Below are positions 37,758 to 53,535 of a stretch of DNA of 64,000 nt, piece by piece. This stretch comes from the human T2T-CHM13v2.0 reference genome, Homo sapiens: contig CP068257.2 in NCBI GenBank assembly GCA_009914755.4, forward strand, positions 22,368,001-22,432,000. Reading direction: 5' to 3'. Under the pieces are notes generated by a model, which was given only the letters and a program-made list of their open reading frames with translations, did no database searches and was not told where the DNA came from. A program made the translations under genes and the position numbers. How positions within the stretch are numbered: the first letter of the stretch is position 1; every line of letters starts with the position of its first letter.

Positions 37758-39377
37758 CTATCACCCCCAAAATGCTATGTATAACATGGTACAGTTAAAC
37801 CTAATTAAGCATAAACATATTCCATGTGATGTTTTTAGCGTTTTATTATATTTAAAGTTGAAAATCATGTGTACATTCTGCACACACATATTAGTATATA
37901 ACCAGCCAGGCACTGGCTCTGGCTCTAAGGACTTAAGATTAATTAGACAAATGAGTTGTATTATTCTTGTATGTTTATTGGTTTATAACAATGCAACTGT
38001 CTCAGGGACTTCAAAATGGATTGAGATAGTCTGGATCACTCCAATTTACATCTTCATTATGTTATCATAGATCACGTTATCAATGTAATTAGCATAAGGG
38101 TAGAAAATTTTTTTAAAATGCTGAAGTTCTTAGTGTAATGGATGAAATAAGAAAGAAGGGAAACATGGCTAGGAGAATGAAGTATGCACACTTTTGAAAT
38201 AATCTTAGGAAAAGCTTACATTCTTGATATTTAAAAATATTTTTAGTTCTCGCATATCATTGATTATGTGAATATATAAACACATACAGAACATTTTTGC
38301 CTCCCAATTATTTAGAATGCCATTGTTTTTGTCATTTCCTTCGTCCTTAGAGTTGTATTAAACTGTATAGCAATTTATTTCAAGGTACAAATGGTGGTAA
38401 TTAAGTGGATGATAGATGAGCAGAAACTTGGGTATAATAGAATACATTAAATTTCTAGCATTTACTTCAGTGTCATTTGTCATTTCTAACAAAAAATGAT
38501 TCACCACGGGATTGTGAGAAATTTTCTATACTGGGTAGATATTGGTATCTTTAGTATAGCTCAGTTTCTGGTAAAAGCAGGAATTAATATGAGGTAATCA
38601 CTCAAGAAATTTCTAATCTAATTACTATATGATTTAAGGGGTAAAAGTCTCTAAATCTTGGAAATAACCTCTGGATTATATGCCCAAGAGCAAGTTGGCA
38701 GTACAGTAGATATTCCAGAATGAACCACTCTTCTATAGTTTACAAAAATTACAGTCACTCATAAGACGCCATAACAACCAGGACTCTAAAGCAGAGTGTA
38801 AAATAGTTATGAATGTAGTCAAGTATACACGCTATTTTCTAAAATTGCTTCTGTACATCATGTAATTTCCTCAGGTGAAGGCATCTAACATATTATGTGT
38901 GGTACCTAGGAAGAGAACTTTTCATGAACACCATCTGCATTCTGCCATTTTGTGGTCTTAATAAGAGCCTTCGCAATGCAGGGGGTGTGGAGAATTGACA
39001 GATTTTGTGCATATCCATGCTTTTTCACCATGTTTGCTATATTCATCAGAATATAAGCTTTCAGGTTTAAAAGATGAGCTGAAGTTCATTTCGCTGTGCA
39101 AATCAGCACATTAAGCAAGCCAAGCAGAAAAGCCTTCGAGGTAAACAGAAAACCTGAAAGGGGCTTTGCTCTCAACTATAATGGGAAATAAGATTTAAAC
39201 GTTAATTTGACCTAAGAGTCAGAATCAAGAAGTACAGAAAAAAAAGTCCTGAAAATGTGTATACAGTTGCACCTTAGAGTGTGAAAAATGACAGAACTTA
39301 CTTAAAAGTTAAAAAATATTCTATTAAAACTTACCATTCATGTAGGTTAAACCACTGTAACGGAAAGACTCAAAGAG

Positions 39378-39409
39378 TATTTATTTATTTATTTATTTAT
39401 TTATTTATT
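39378..39409. repeat. (TTTA)n microsatellite
   Basis: 'tatttatttatttatttatttatttattaat'. Confidence 0.9.
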
Positions 39410-39757
39410 AATAGTATAGGTAGGTGTTCCTGGTTGGTAGCTAGCTCTCTTCCACATCGGGACGCAGGCTACGTTTTTAATAGTACTTTTTTGTCTTCTA
39501 GGGCCTTGCCATTGTTCATATCATAAAGCTGGTCTATCATGCCCAGTGCTTGGACAGAAGAAGAAGAGAGCAATGGAGACAGCCCACCTGCTGGGTTAAA
39601 GGCTTGAGCATTACAGCAGCACATTCAGCTCTCATTTTATTAAAAAGAATTTGGTCAAATGACCACACTGACTGCAAGAGAGGCTAGTAAAGTAGTTTTG
39701 CTGTGCATCCAGGAAGAGGAGCAGAAATGATTTTGTGCTACAGTCATCTACATGTAA

Positions 39758-40087
<330 letters not shown>

Positions 40088-40946
40088 TAATAGGCTCATT
40101 TTAAATTAATCACATTAATCACTTCTTTAAACACAATTACCGTATTTCCAAATAGGGTTACAATCTGGAGTACTGGCTGTTGGGACTCGAACATATGAAT
40201 TTTGGGGTGACACAAGTCAACTGAGTACATTCTGTACTCTCCCTAAAATAAAAGAAGTTTAAAAACAATTGCTGTCAGTCATTTGGCTGTGTCATCATCT
40301 AAGCTATCTAATGATAAGAGAAACAGCAGTAACTGTTAGCATACCGATTGTATAAACTTGGGGGATATTTATGAATACAACATCAGTGTGAATTACCAGT
40401 TTAAGGACTTTACAGAGAAAAAAGAGGAAGGAAATTTATGTCTTCAAGTCCGGATATTTAGATGTGTGCTTGAGTGAGTAGCAATCTTTCTGAACCTCAG
40501 ATTTCTTTTATGTAAAATGAAACAAACCATATAAATCTAAGTAGAAACTAAATTGCATCATTTGTCAAAATTAAAACAAGATAAAATGTGTGAAAGCATT
40601 CTGTAATATTTTAGGTGACACATATTCATACTGGACAAATTGTGAATGATTTCTGCCTTTAAAACTCAAAAAAAAAGGCTAAATTGTGGATGTTATTATT
40701 TACTATTTAAATAGTTGAATAATTTAAACTAAGCCTTTCAACAAATAATTGCCTTATAATCAATTATCCATGCCTTCTCTTTTTATGTTTAAAGGAAAAT
40801 AAAAATATCGTTATTTGCCTTTTTACTTTTATCATTTGCAGCTTCTTTGAAGAAAAATAATCTGTCAAATTTTTGGTCCTAGTATTACAGCAATTCCTTC
40901 CAAACATTTTTGGGAGTATATCTCTATCAGTAAAAAAATGATGTTA

Positions 40947-41269
<323 letters not shown>

Positions 41270-41878
41270 TTAAGTTTGCATTATATGTGTTTATATGTGC
41301 CTATGTGTGTGCATAGAAATAAATAGAAAGAAAGATATGTGTACATAGCAGTATTATATATCTTAGTGTATACATATATATATGATAAGAAATAGAATCT
41401 TTAAACAGATGAGATGAAAAAGGAAATTTTGTTAAATCAGTTAATTTTATTTACTAGAGATAGAGAACCTTTTTTCCTCACTAATATATTGCTAATACAT
41501 ATTGTTTTATAAAATGAAAAGATTACTATTAATGTATGTTTATAATAATAGTGAGAATTATGTTATTCATTTTTATGCCCCCTGAGAATATTGGCTTAAT
41601 ATTTTAAGAGACACATTTTCAAAAGTCTGGTTCCCTTTTACTTCAGTTTTCTGTAGTTTTTAGTGGATATAAGTGTTTAAAAAGATACTTTACAAAGTTA
41701 CAAAACTTATTACACACATATCAATGGTTTATTGTTCATGGTAGTGGACACAAATACATATTTCAATAATACAATAATATCAATATTTTTATCCATTTAT
41801 TATCAAGCCTTATTAAGTCATCACTTAATAAGTGATGCCTAAAAAGCTCTCTCGCTAGTAAAAAGAAAACAGTTCTAC

Positions 41879-42278
41879 TTTCTTTTTTTTTTTTTTTTTT
41901 TTGACCAATACATTCCTTTTTATTCAACAGAGTTTAAGTTGGGTCTTACAGGGAATAAACATGGGTAGATTTTTTTTTAACCCATCAACTCATCGTTTAC
42001 ATTAGGTATTTCTCCTAATGCTATCCCTCCCCCTGCCCTCCACCCCACAACAGGCCCCGGTGTGTGATGTTCCTCTCCTTGTGTCCATGTGTTCTCATTG
42101 TTTAATTCCCACCTATGAGTGAGAACATGCGGTGTTTGGTTTTCTGTTCCTGTGTTAGTTTGCTCAAAATGATGGTTTCCAGTTGCATCCATGTCCCTGC
42201 AAAGGACATGAACTCATCCTTTTTTATGGCTGCACAGTATTCCATGGTGTATATGGGCCACGTTTTCTTAATCCACTT
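41879..42278 (-). mobile_element. L1PA-type 3' end fragment (about 400 bp, 5'-truncated), poly-T at 41879-41904
   Basis: 'aacccatcaactcatcgtttacattaggtatttctcctaatgctatccctccccctgccctccaccccacaacaggccccggtgtgtgatgttcctctccttgtgtccatgtgttctcattgtttaattcccacctatgagtgagaacatgcggtgtttggttttctgttcctgtgttagtttgctcaaaatgatggtttccagttgcatccatgtccctgcaaaggacatgaactcatccttttttatggctgcacagtattccatggtgtatatg' is antisense of the L1 3' ORF2/3'UTR consensus. Confidence 0.75.
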
Positions 42279-45200
42279 TCTTACTAGTCACCGCTTTCAC
42301 GATAGTGTTATCTGTGAGCTACAATTTCTATGGGGGACTGTTTTTTAAGACTACTGTTCATTTTAGGAATAAGATTTTAGTTAAAACTAGAAAACTCCAC
42401 TTTCATAGGCAAACTGTAGTCCCTAGACTTACATTGAAAACAAATGAAAAATGCAAGCAACTCTGTGGAACCTTATGATTTTGAGAAAATCTTGAGTGTT
42501 CCCCAGGACATGTTCAATATCCTAATCAATATCTCCCTACTGCACAGGGGACCAGATCAGTTCTTATATTTTATATTCATTAGCATTATTCATTCCTTAA
42601 GTTTAAAATAAATTAACTATTTTAAAAATAAGTAATTACAAATGTCACAGTTTTCTACCACAATGGATAGTCTTGCATATACCTGAGTATGTCATCCTCA
42701 TATTAAGAAACCAGCAATTTTAACTCTCTCGAAAGAACTCTTAGACATCTTATCCTAGTATAAATTTGGGTCACACATTGTGATAAAGAAGAGGAAACTG
42801 TTATTAACTCTCAAGTATTGCATGGAATGGAAAATCCATAAATTCAAGGGTGTCTGTTTTTATGCGCATCATAAAAGTACATGACTACTTAAACTCTGTA
42901 TTTATAATGTTTGCTGAAAAATAGCTAACCTTGTCAGAAAGACATTTAACACTTTTTGAAGGATTCTAGAATTAAAGAAAAACTACTAAACAGGCAATTT
43001 TATTTTGAAGTTGAGTGCTTGCCTGAGAAAAGGAAAGAAATGGGAGGAAAATGTATGCATATTGAAATGTCTCAATTGCATGAAAACTTTTGATCTCTTC
43101 CTTGCCAAAAAAAAAATCAATATTTCTGATTGCATTATGTATGAAGATCTGGAATATAAGCATTCACTAATTTCACTGTATTTTCATTAATCTACAATCA
43201 AATTTCTGAATGATACAAGTTGTCCATATTATATTTGTTTAAAATATTTCCAGAGTATTTTACTCTTTATGTAGAATAAAAAATAACTGGAAACATCTTG
43301 CTAAAAGGGCTAAAAATGTATTTTTAAAGAAAATCTTCTAAAATATTCTAAGGTCTATTTAAATGTATGGAACTTATATATGCATATATACAAGTCTTTT
43401 TTTTCCTTCAAGAAAATAATTACTTTAAAAACTTTGTTTAGAAAGTTTTTTTTGGTCTTAAGGTTACTTAAAGAAATAAATAGCTTTACTTTCTAACCCA
43501 ATGCAACAGTCCTCAAAATTTCCCATTGTTAAATCATGAATAAGGTACTAAAACAATTTTTGCTGGAGCAAATCATGAAGAGTTTAGAGTACAAAAGCAA
43601 AGGGAATTATCAAGGCAACACTCATAATTCCTTCATTATTACATAGATTAAAATATTTATAGGCTTTGTACTGAAATGTTAAAAAATAATCTTTTAAAAT
43701 TCTAACATTGTTACAATATTGTGGGAAATGAAGAAAACACTATTGAGCATTCAATACGTGTTGGGCATTCTGCTGCAAATTTTTTATATGCATCTCATTT
43801 AATTTTTCCAGCAAGTATATGATGAAGGTAGTATTAGACCCACTTCATCAGAAGGAAGGTTATGTTCAGAAATTTAGTCATTGTGTCAATATCAGGGAGC
43901 TTAGAACTTGCAGATAAAAGATTGAAAATTGAGAAATACTTTATCACAAAGCATTTCCTCATTGCAATGTTAAGCAAGACTCAAATTATCTGGTCGTTGG
44001 GCAAAAATTTTAAGCTGATGCTATTTTCAACTAGGCCAGGGATTCTCTACTTTACAGCTATTGACATTTCAGGCCTGGCAATTCTTTATTGCTGGACTCT
44101 GTGCTGTGCAGTGCGGAAGGTTTAGCAGCAACTTTGGCATATTTTACAGATGTCAGTAACACACCTGACCCAACCCAATTCTAACAAACAAAAATGTCTC
44201 CAGACATTGCAAAATGTGTTTTCTGGGGGGGCAAACTTGCCTCTGGTTGAGACCCATCAAGCAGTAGAATAGGATGAGAGTCAGATCTTCATCCTGCCCA
44301 TATTCTACCCTTCCTTCTTCCCTCTGTGCATGTGCACATTCATCAACACACACAGATGCACACACACAGAATTAGAACTAACATCAAAGAGAGTAAGACT
44401 ATAACATTTACAACCTAGTAAAAGAAAGCAAAAAATAGTATCTGAATCCACTCACATAAATTATAAATCAATAGTCACAATACAATTTTTTTGAGAATCT
44501 GAACAGAAACTTCATGAGAAGAAGAATCATCTCATCAAGAAATCTTCCGCTGCCACTCTAAATTTAGTTTTCAAATCTCAGCATGTCCACTAATTATTTA
44601 GGGAGCAAATATTATATTAAAAAATGTATAAAGGGGTGATGACATGTAATGCCCCAAATGGTATGTTGATAAATCCAGAATAAACAAAAATGTTACTAAT
44701 CTACAAATAATTCATCAGAGATAAATCCAAGAAAATCATTTTGCATCTTACCTTATAGGTAAGTAAATAAATAAATGTTCTGCAATAGTCACAGTTTCTC
44801 AAAATACTTAATATTAATCAGATTGACTGGGTGATTTTGAACCCCATTTGGTGAACTGCTACCTGCAAGGAAAAATCAAGGTTCTGGACACTTAGTCACT
44901 TCTCATTGACACTGTCTACTTTCCTAACTCTTCTTAAGGCGAAAAATCTCTAGTCTGAATCAATGGCAAAATAAAGTTCTCAAGGACCCACAAAGAGAAG
45001 GCAATGAGATGTATACTAGGATATAAAAGTTTTAAAGGGAAGAGTAAATGAGAGTCAAAAGTTCATTTTCTTTCTGCGGGTTTATTTTTCTTTCTCCTAT
45101 TATTGCCATAAAATATTCAGGGCCAGGGAAGGTTTTAATGGTAGCAATGCTTCCAGCCTCTTTAGGGAAAGAGGACAGAGATAATCAAGCTCACATAAGG

Positions 45201-46473
45201 GCCAGTCTACATATCACCTATGTATTTATTGCTGATTCACTATGAATTATTTTACACTACATGATCCAAAATGTCACTTTTGTGATCAGATAATTCTAAT
45301 GCTGGCTATCAGTTTTGAAAACTAAAAAAAAAAAACAACAACAAAAACAAACAACCAAAAAAACAAAACACAAAAACCACCTTTGTGTAAACTTGATTCA
45401 TCCTTCAGGCCAAGGGAAGAACTCAGCTTCCAAATGGAGGCAGTGGAGAAGGAGACAGTGTTGTTATCTACATGGAATTTGTTAAATTTTATTTCTCTCT
45501 CTGTTTTTATGTCTTTTCTTCTTTGAATTTTCCTTCCTACATCATTTATCTTACATATACTCTCCTTCACCTAACTACTGAAGGGATTTTTGTTGCAAAC
45601 AAATCTGCTCCTTTTTATCTCCTGTCTTTTATTTCCCTGCAGAATTTCCATTTTCCCTCCACTGAAACCTGGATCAATGGCTTCCCACTGACTCTGGATG
45701 ATTTGCCATACTTGGTGACCTTAACATTTTCTTGGAAGTTTTAGCTCAAACAACAGCCTCTCAGTTCCTTCATCTAATTCCCGCTAGTGACTTTCTCAGC
45801 CGTTCCTCATCAGCCAACTGCAGATAAAGTCTTAACTACTTCACCTCAAAAATCACTATCTCAACCTCCTGCTCTCTGACTATATCCATGTATTTATGAA
45901 ACACTCACTGTTCTCGTAAGAAGCTCTGCTCCACTAACCTCTCTATTGTCACTCACTTAATCAGCTTGGTCCTTCCTTCATTCTACCATCACCTAACTTA
46001 GATCCTGTGGTTTATAATTCCTAAAACATTACTGAAAATGTGCAGAAAACTAGTGCTTCTCAAATGATCTGTGATCAAAGACATTGTTTTGTTGTTGTCA
46101 GTGATGATGGAGAGGATGGCCTTGTTTATAAATCACGGTGGGACAGCACTTTTATAAAATACAATTAAAAATAAATTATTAAATAATACAGTGTAAAAGT
46201 CCCCAAAGGCACACAAAACACTGCTGTCAATTTGTTATTAGAAGCTTCAACCGATAAAATATGTTTAACTTGAAATCACATTTCATAACTTTTACTCTCA
46301 TTTTCTGGAAAGTGCGTTTCTTGCTAAAGACTGGTAACAAACCATGTGCAAACTAATGCCAGTTTGTGTGCTATTTTGAACAGTGTAGGCTTGACCTCTC
46401 TTCCCCCTATAGCTTTTCTTTGCACATGTCTGCCAAACTCCGGTCCCCAGTGATCTGCCTTTCCCTGTGCCTC

Positions 46474-47232
<759 letters not shown>

Positions 47233-50200
47233 ACAGGAAGCTATTCCTCCTGTTGTCAAAAACCAACTGCTTCACCCATGTTTTGGATCTATCTTAATCT
47301 TCTCTGAAATCTTAAACTACTTTCTTTCTAACCTTTCAACTTCTCATAATTAGCTGGCTCCTTCTCCTTGGTTTTCTGGACATACACATATATTTCTCAT
47401 CTTTTAAAGTAAGTTCCCTTTAATCACTCATTTCCTACCTGCCATCCTATCTCTCTCCTCCGCTTCATGGCGGAACTTCTTGAAATTTGTCCTCTTCCTC
47501 TGTGTGTATGTCTTAACTTAGCCCTTCTTATTCAACTTACTCCATTTGATTCTGTTCCCACCACTCAAGCACAATTATTCCTTCTTAGATCACCAAATAC
47601 TTCTATTTTAATAAATTCTATGAACATTTCAGTAATATATATAGTATTATTGCTTTTTTCTTCTTTCTTAGAACTGTTTTTCTCATTCTGGGCTTCTCTG
47701 ATACCCTACTGACACAGCACTTTTAAAACATTTTTTTTCTCTGCAGAATCATTCCCCTTTATCCGGATCATTAAATATTAGATTTTCTTTGGCCATTTTA
47801 CAGACATTTCTTACTCCTTCTCTAAGCTCTCTCCCAAGCCCATCCATGCATATAGCTAAATTACCTACAAATGATTATGAAGTTCAAATTTGCTTCATAT
47901 TTAATCAATTCTAAGACAAACTTTCCCTCATAGTTTAACATATGATCTGAAAAAATAATGTATCTAACTTAGAATAGATAAAATTTCAGAGTTTAATTGA
48001 AATATTTCTTCTTTCTCAGTGATACATTAAAAATATGGATATTAAAATCCATGATTTTTTTAGATTCACTAAAATCCAGTTATATCCAACTTTGATCCAT
48101 TGGAAATTCGAGCTTATGTAACTACTCATAGTTTCCACTTAAATGTTTTAAATAGTCTTCTTCAATGAAAACTCTGTTGTTGACACTTATTATGTTCTAT
48201 GTGAATAGTGACCTCTGGGGTTACATTGCCTAGTGATTCTGTAAATATACCCAAAGTCAATTGTACAAAATCGAACACACGATCTCCACCTTCCCATCCA
48301 CTTCCCAACCACCTCCCAAACTGTGGTGCTCATCCAATGTTCACTATTTTCGTGAATTTTAACTTCACACATTCATTAACACAAACCAGAAACCTAAGTG
48401 GCAAACTTCATATTTCCTTCTCCTGAAATGAGGCATCATGTTCTTTTGATTTTATCACCTAAATATTTCCCTAATTTCTCCAGTTTTCCCCATTTCTACC
48501 AATACTCTCTCCAGCTCAAGTGAACATCATCTCACCTAAAACTACATAATAGCTTTCTAACTTATATGACCATATCCTTTCTGGCTCCCTTTCTCGTCTT
48601 TTCTCCATTCTGTGGTCAGAGTGATGAAGCAATGCTGCCCATGTTTACAACCCATTGATATCTTCCTATGGCTAGTATCCTCCTGGGATGCTTTGTATTT
48701 TTGTGCTTTTAATTGATACCTTATGTTGTGCCGTCTTTCCTTTTTTGAGTAATGTCTTATCTTTAATTCTATAATCATTATGGTGAATGTCTGTATTAAG
48801 AATTTATGTCTTTGTTGGTAAATAGCAAGAGTGGCTCTGCTATTTCTACACTCCCAGGTTTCTTTCAGTTAGTCTGATATTTTCATTAAATTAAGTCATG
48901 TATTAAATCCCAAGCAGTCATATATTAGAAAGGAAAATGTCTCAAATGTGTCAATCTGATTCTTTTTATTAGATTAATGTTACAGCTGTTTTGACAGAAT
49001 GTAAGAAAATACCATTATTTACAGAGGTATGACATTTAAAATAAGTTTGTTGTATTTATGCACTGATTATTTGTTTTTCAGTGGCCAAACCTTCATAGAC
49101 GATAAGTTGAACTTTCAAAATATTTAATATATTGTTATCATACATTCTTAAGTACATTTAATAATTGACAAAATAGTAAAAAGGTTGCCTGTTTACCTGG
49201 CTCCCTATGCAAGAAAGCAAAGAAACAAGCTTGTAACCACATAATGAGTGCTATATGCTATTGCGTGTTTCAGTCTCACCTTATGGCAAATGAATAATTC
49301 CATAAAACTGTTTGACATTATTCTCCCCAAAATCTCTATAAAAGTAGTACCGCTTAATGGTATGCAAATCAGAACAATCTAAGGAATTTAAGATATGCAG
49401 GGGGTTTTCATAATAATAAACTGTATCACTTCTTAAGCCTTTCCTTTTGCCTATGACTATATGCCTTTTTCTTTATGATTATGCTATTTTACTTGAGATG
49501 AAATAATCTATATCATGAAATTCCCTAGGTCTCTTGTAAGTAGGATAATGGGAAATGCTTCCATACTTTTAAAATGTACGATGTTTATCAAGAATATTGA
49601 TTCAAATTTATTTAATTTTTCAATGTTTACATTTAAAACATCAAAATCACTCATTTTCTACTTATTGCAGTAAGTTATAAATATTATATATTTCAGTACA
49701 TGTTATTATAATTTATATTTTGAGTTTGTAAAAACAAAATATCTGATTAATTTTAAATAGTCATCAAGATCCTGTAGAAACTCTGTGTCTGTAGGTTTGT
49801 TGCTTATTATGTGTAGCTATAGTATGCCATTGACTAACCTACTTATCCCATTTCACAAGTCTTTTTGAATAAAATATATCTGAAAATAAACCAGTGTTTC
49901 TATTTCACTTTAGCATCATCATATAACCACCTCTATTCTATAATCTATAAAACAGAAACAGATTAATAATCAGGACCTGTTCTATATATCTATTCATAAG
50001 CCCTAAATCTTCATACAAGAGAACTTCTAATTACTTTTGTGTCAGAAAGTCGAAGTTGAAGCACAGGAAAAAATGTAGGAAGCTTTCTACTATGTTAATG
50101 GAAGATTGAGGAGAAGGAGTTGAAAGCCTCACTTTGGCTTCAGAACAGGCTATTTTTCTCTGATATAGCAGCCTTGATTTTGATGCAATGAACTTGATGC

Positions 50201-50419
50201 TGTAATTCAGTCCATATGTGATGCTGGGTCTCTTTCCCTTATTAATTAGAATCTGTAGAAAACAAGTATTGATACTATACAGTCCGACACTACATATCAT
50301 ATTTTATAATATGATTATATAATCTGTGCAAGTATGATTAGTAGAAATATGTTAAAAATTTTTTCTATTAGATGTATAAATATATTATTTTTATAAACCT
50401 CAATAATGTCCTTCACTTA

Positions 50420-50769
50420 CTGTGCTAGTCTGTTTTCACACTGCTATAAAGAACTACCTGAGACTGGGTAATTTAAAAAGAAGAGAGGTTTAGTTGACTC
50501 ACAGCTCCCCACGGCTGGGGAGGTCTCAGAAAACTTACAATCATGGCAGAAAGCGAAGGTGAAGCAAGGCACATCTTACATGGCTTCAGGAGAGAGAAAG
50601 AGAGAAAGAGGAGGCGGCCACACACTTTTAAACTATCAGATCTCATGAGAACTCACTCACTATCACGAGAACAGCAAGGGGGAAATCTGCTCCCATGATC
50701 CAGTCACCTCCCACCTCTCTTCCAATTTGACATGAGATTTGGAAGGGCACACAAATCCAGACCATATCA
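50420..50769 (-). mobile_element. Solo ERVL-MaLR LTR (THE1/MST class), reverse orientation
   Basis: 'ctgtgctagtctgttttcacactgctataaagaactacctgagactgggtaatttaaaaagaagagaggtttagttgactcacagctccccacggctggggaggtctcagaaaacttacaatcatggcagaaagcgaaggtgaagcaaggcacatcttacatggc...aactatcagatctcatgagaactcactcactatcacgagaacagcaagggggaaatctgctcccatgatccagtcacctcccac...gagatttggaagggcacacaaatccagaccatatca' is the reverse complement of the THE1/MST LTR consensus ('tgatatggtttggctgtgtcc...gagaacggactaatacag'). Confidence 0.8.
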
Positions 50770-52285
50770 CTTATATAACAATGTATGTATGTAAAATTTT
50801 TAAATATCAATAAGAACCTTTGAACACTATTTTATAGCATATATGTAATATATAACATGTTTATATATGTACATATACATGTATATGTATAAAATCTTGA
50901 AAGAAAAATTCTTTCACCCAGGATTACAAATTAGGGAAGTATGGGTTTGTATATAATCCTAGAATTATATAATTTTATTTATTAGATTTATAATAATGAT
51001 TTTCTTTGGAAAGTTGAAAAATAATTAAATTATAAAATTTAAAAATAATAAATTAAAATCAAAATTTATCTGTAATGTGCTTTATTTATTAAAAATTAGA
51101 AATTAATTCTAAAATATTAGAATAGTTTTTATTTTCATTTTTTATATTTATTTTTAGAAACTATTTTTATTTGAATGTTTATAAACAAAAAGACCAAGTA
51201 TCTTGAATATTATGCTGATAATATGGGGACAGTCTATTGTATGCAGCTCTTGGTTTACATTTCTCTTAAAAATATAAGCACTAATCTGATATAGTCCAAA
51301 GAATGATCAAATGTCTTTTTATTACAGCATTAGAAAATCTCTTTATCTGCTCTTAGAAGTGAATTTTCATTACTGAGCCATATAATATTGCTGCCACAGA
51401 ACTCCTACTAGCTAGAGATAAATTGGAGAGCCCTGAAAAAAATGACATGAGTAAAATGAAACGGATGATGTTGGTGAGATCACTCCTACAAATCAAGACA
51501 GAGTGTGTTCTCTCCTCTTTTTGGCTCACCCCAGTGAGGGCTGTCATCTGACTTGAGTTGGTTCACTAGGATCATGAGTAGAGGTGGTTCCTTTCTCCGA
51601 CATCAGAGACTGAGGCCAAACATGAGAACCACAGCAGGTATTTCATTACCAGATAGTCACTCTCAAGTGGGTTGTTATGCAATTGATCCAATGCTAACCC
51701 TCTTTAAAAGGGCACATTTTCCCTACTTTATTGTTAGAAAAAAGCACATCATGTATTGACATGTTGTACTGATTTTTCTTTTTTTTTTTGTACTGATTCT
51801 TCATAAGGCATTTCATCCATCCCATAGTTAACTATAGATCATGAGCCCATTTGACATAAAGTAGGGTCATGTATTTCCTCCTTCTTCTCCCACATTGTTT
51901 TAACGGTCCTGTCAGCATAGACTAAAAAGCAATGGTACTAAAAAATCCTTCTCAATACTCTAAATCTTGAAAAGCAAACTTCAATGTAACTTCTGCACTG
52001 TATCAATTTTACTGCATTTTTGTCAATGAATTTAACTTCATTTAAAAAAGTGAATTGCAGTTTATAACATGTTGGAATTCTCTATTAACTAGGTTATAAA
52101 GACAATTTTGCAAAATATTTCATGCATTTATGATAACTGCATTATTATTGACAAGGGATCATGAACCCAGGGCCTCCACTGACTGGAAAACCTTTCAGAA
52201 CTCCCTGATAGTCAGCCCTAACCAAGACTCTGGCCCTGGCTATAACAATGTATTCTGCACTATAACTATACCATCTCCATTTTCT

Positions 52286-52612
52286 TTTCTTTTTTTTTTT
52301 TTTTTTTTTTTGAGACAGTCTTGCTCAGTCGCTCAGGCTGGAGTGCAGTGGCGAGATCTCGGCTCACTGCAAGCTCCACCTCCTGGGTTCACGCCATTCT
52401 CCTGCCTCCACGCCATTCTCCTGCCTCAGCCTCCCGAGTAGCTGGGATCACAGGCGCCCGCCACCACGCCCGGCTAATTTTTTTTGTATTTTTAGTAGAG
52501 ACGGAATTTCACCATGTTAGCCAGGATGGTCTCGATATCCTGACCTCGTGATCCACCTGCCTCGGCCTCCCAAAGTGCTGGGGTTACAGGCGTGAGCCAC
52601 TGCTCCCGACCA
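52286..52612 (-). mobile_element. Young Alu (AluY-like, CpG-rich) with an internal 19-bp tandem duplication and a perfect 15-bp TSD
   Basis: 'gagacagtcttgctcagtcgctcaggctggagtgcagtggcgagatctcggctcactgcaagctccacctcctgggttcacgccattctcctgcctccacgccattctcctgcctcagcctcccgagtagctgggatcacaggcgcccgccaccacgcccggctaa...ggttacaggcgtgagccactgctcccgacc'. The flanking sequence 'ccatctccattttct' is identical at 52271-52285 and 52613-52627. Confidence 0.95.
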
Positions 52613-53212
52613 CCATCTCCATTTTCTATTACATATCTTATGGATTTAGAAGAGGTGTCCCACATATATTACTTTTTATATTAAAAAGTTCTCCCTTGAT
52701 TTCCAATCTCTGGGTGTCTTTTAAAATGATATTGGCAAATGTTTCTGTGTAGTCATCATTTTAAAAATAGAATACACTATGTATAGTGAAATATATCAGT
52801 CTCTTTTATTTATACTGAAAAATATGGCTTGTCTTCATGAGTGAGAAGGACCGCTATAATTACAAGCTTACCTGCACACCTGTTCACCTTGTATAGTAAA
52901 AGTAAATATTTCAATTTCATGGGTCAATTAGGCTCCACACATATGTTGACCCACAGGATATGACCTGAAATGAGGTAAAAAATTAACACACCTAGAACCG
53001 GACCACATAATCATTTTAAGATCCTGAGTGACAGGTAGGTTAAGTTTGCTCTCCATGAGGATTAAAGGCTTCCAGCTCAAATTTTCACCTGTCTCAAAGT
53101 GGAAAAGGCCGTACTGTGTTTCATAAGCCTCTTCTTCAATTGAAAACACAGTAAACATGGAGCATCCCTGAAAAACATAGTTTCAAATCAGGCTCTAAAT
53201 TCTCAATTTGGG

Positions 53213-53535
53213 TCATTTGCTTGTTTGTTTGTTTGTTTCCTTGTGAATTGTTTAAGTTCCACGTAGATTCTGGATATTAGACCTTTGTCAGATGGATAGA
53301 TTGCAAATACGTTCTCCCATTCTGTGGGTTGTCGGTTTACTTTAATGATAGTTTCTTTAGCCGTGCAGAAGCTGTTAAGTTTGATCCGATCCCATTTGCC
53401 AATTTTTGCTTTTGTTGCGATTGCTTTTGGTGTTTTCATCATGAATCTTTGCCTGTGCCTATGTCCTGAATGGTATTGCTTAGATTTTCTTTGAGGGTTC
53501 TAAAAGTTTTGGGTTTTACATTTCCGTCTTAACAA
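53213..53535 (-). mobile_element. L1 (L1PA-type) 5' inverted segment of a twin-primed insertion
   Basis: Antisense L1 ORF2 text: 'ttgtttgtttgtttgtttccttgtgaattgtttaagttccacgtagattctggatattagacctttgtcagatggatagattgcaaatacgttctcccattctgtgggttgtc...gctgttaagtttgatccgatcccatttgccaatttttgcttttgttgcgattgcttttggtgttttcatcatgaatctttgcctgtgcctatgtcctgaatggtattgcttag'. Confidence 0.85.
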
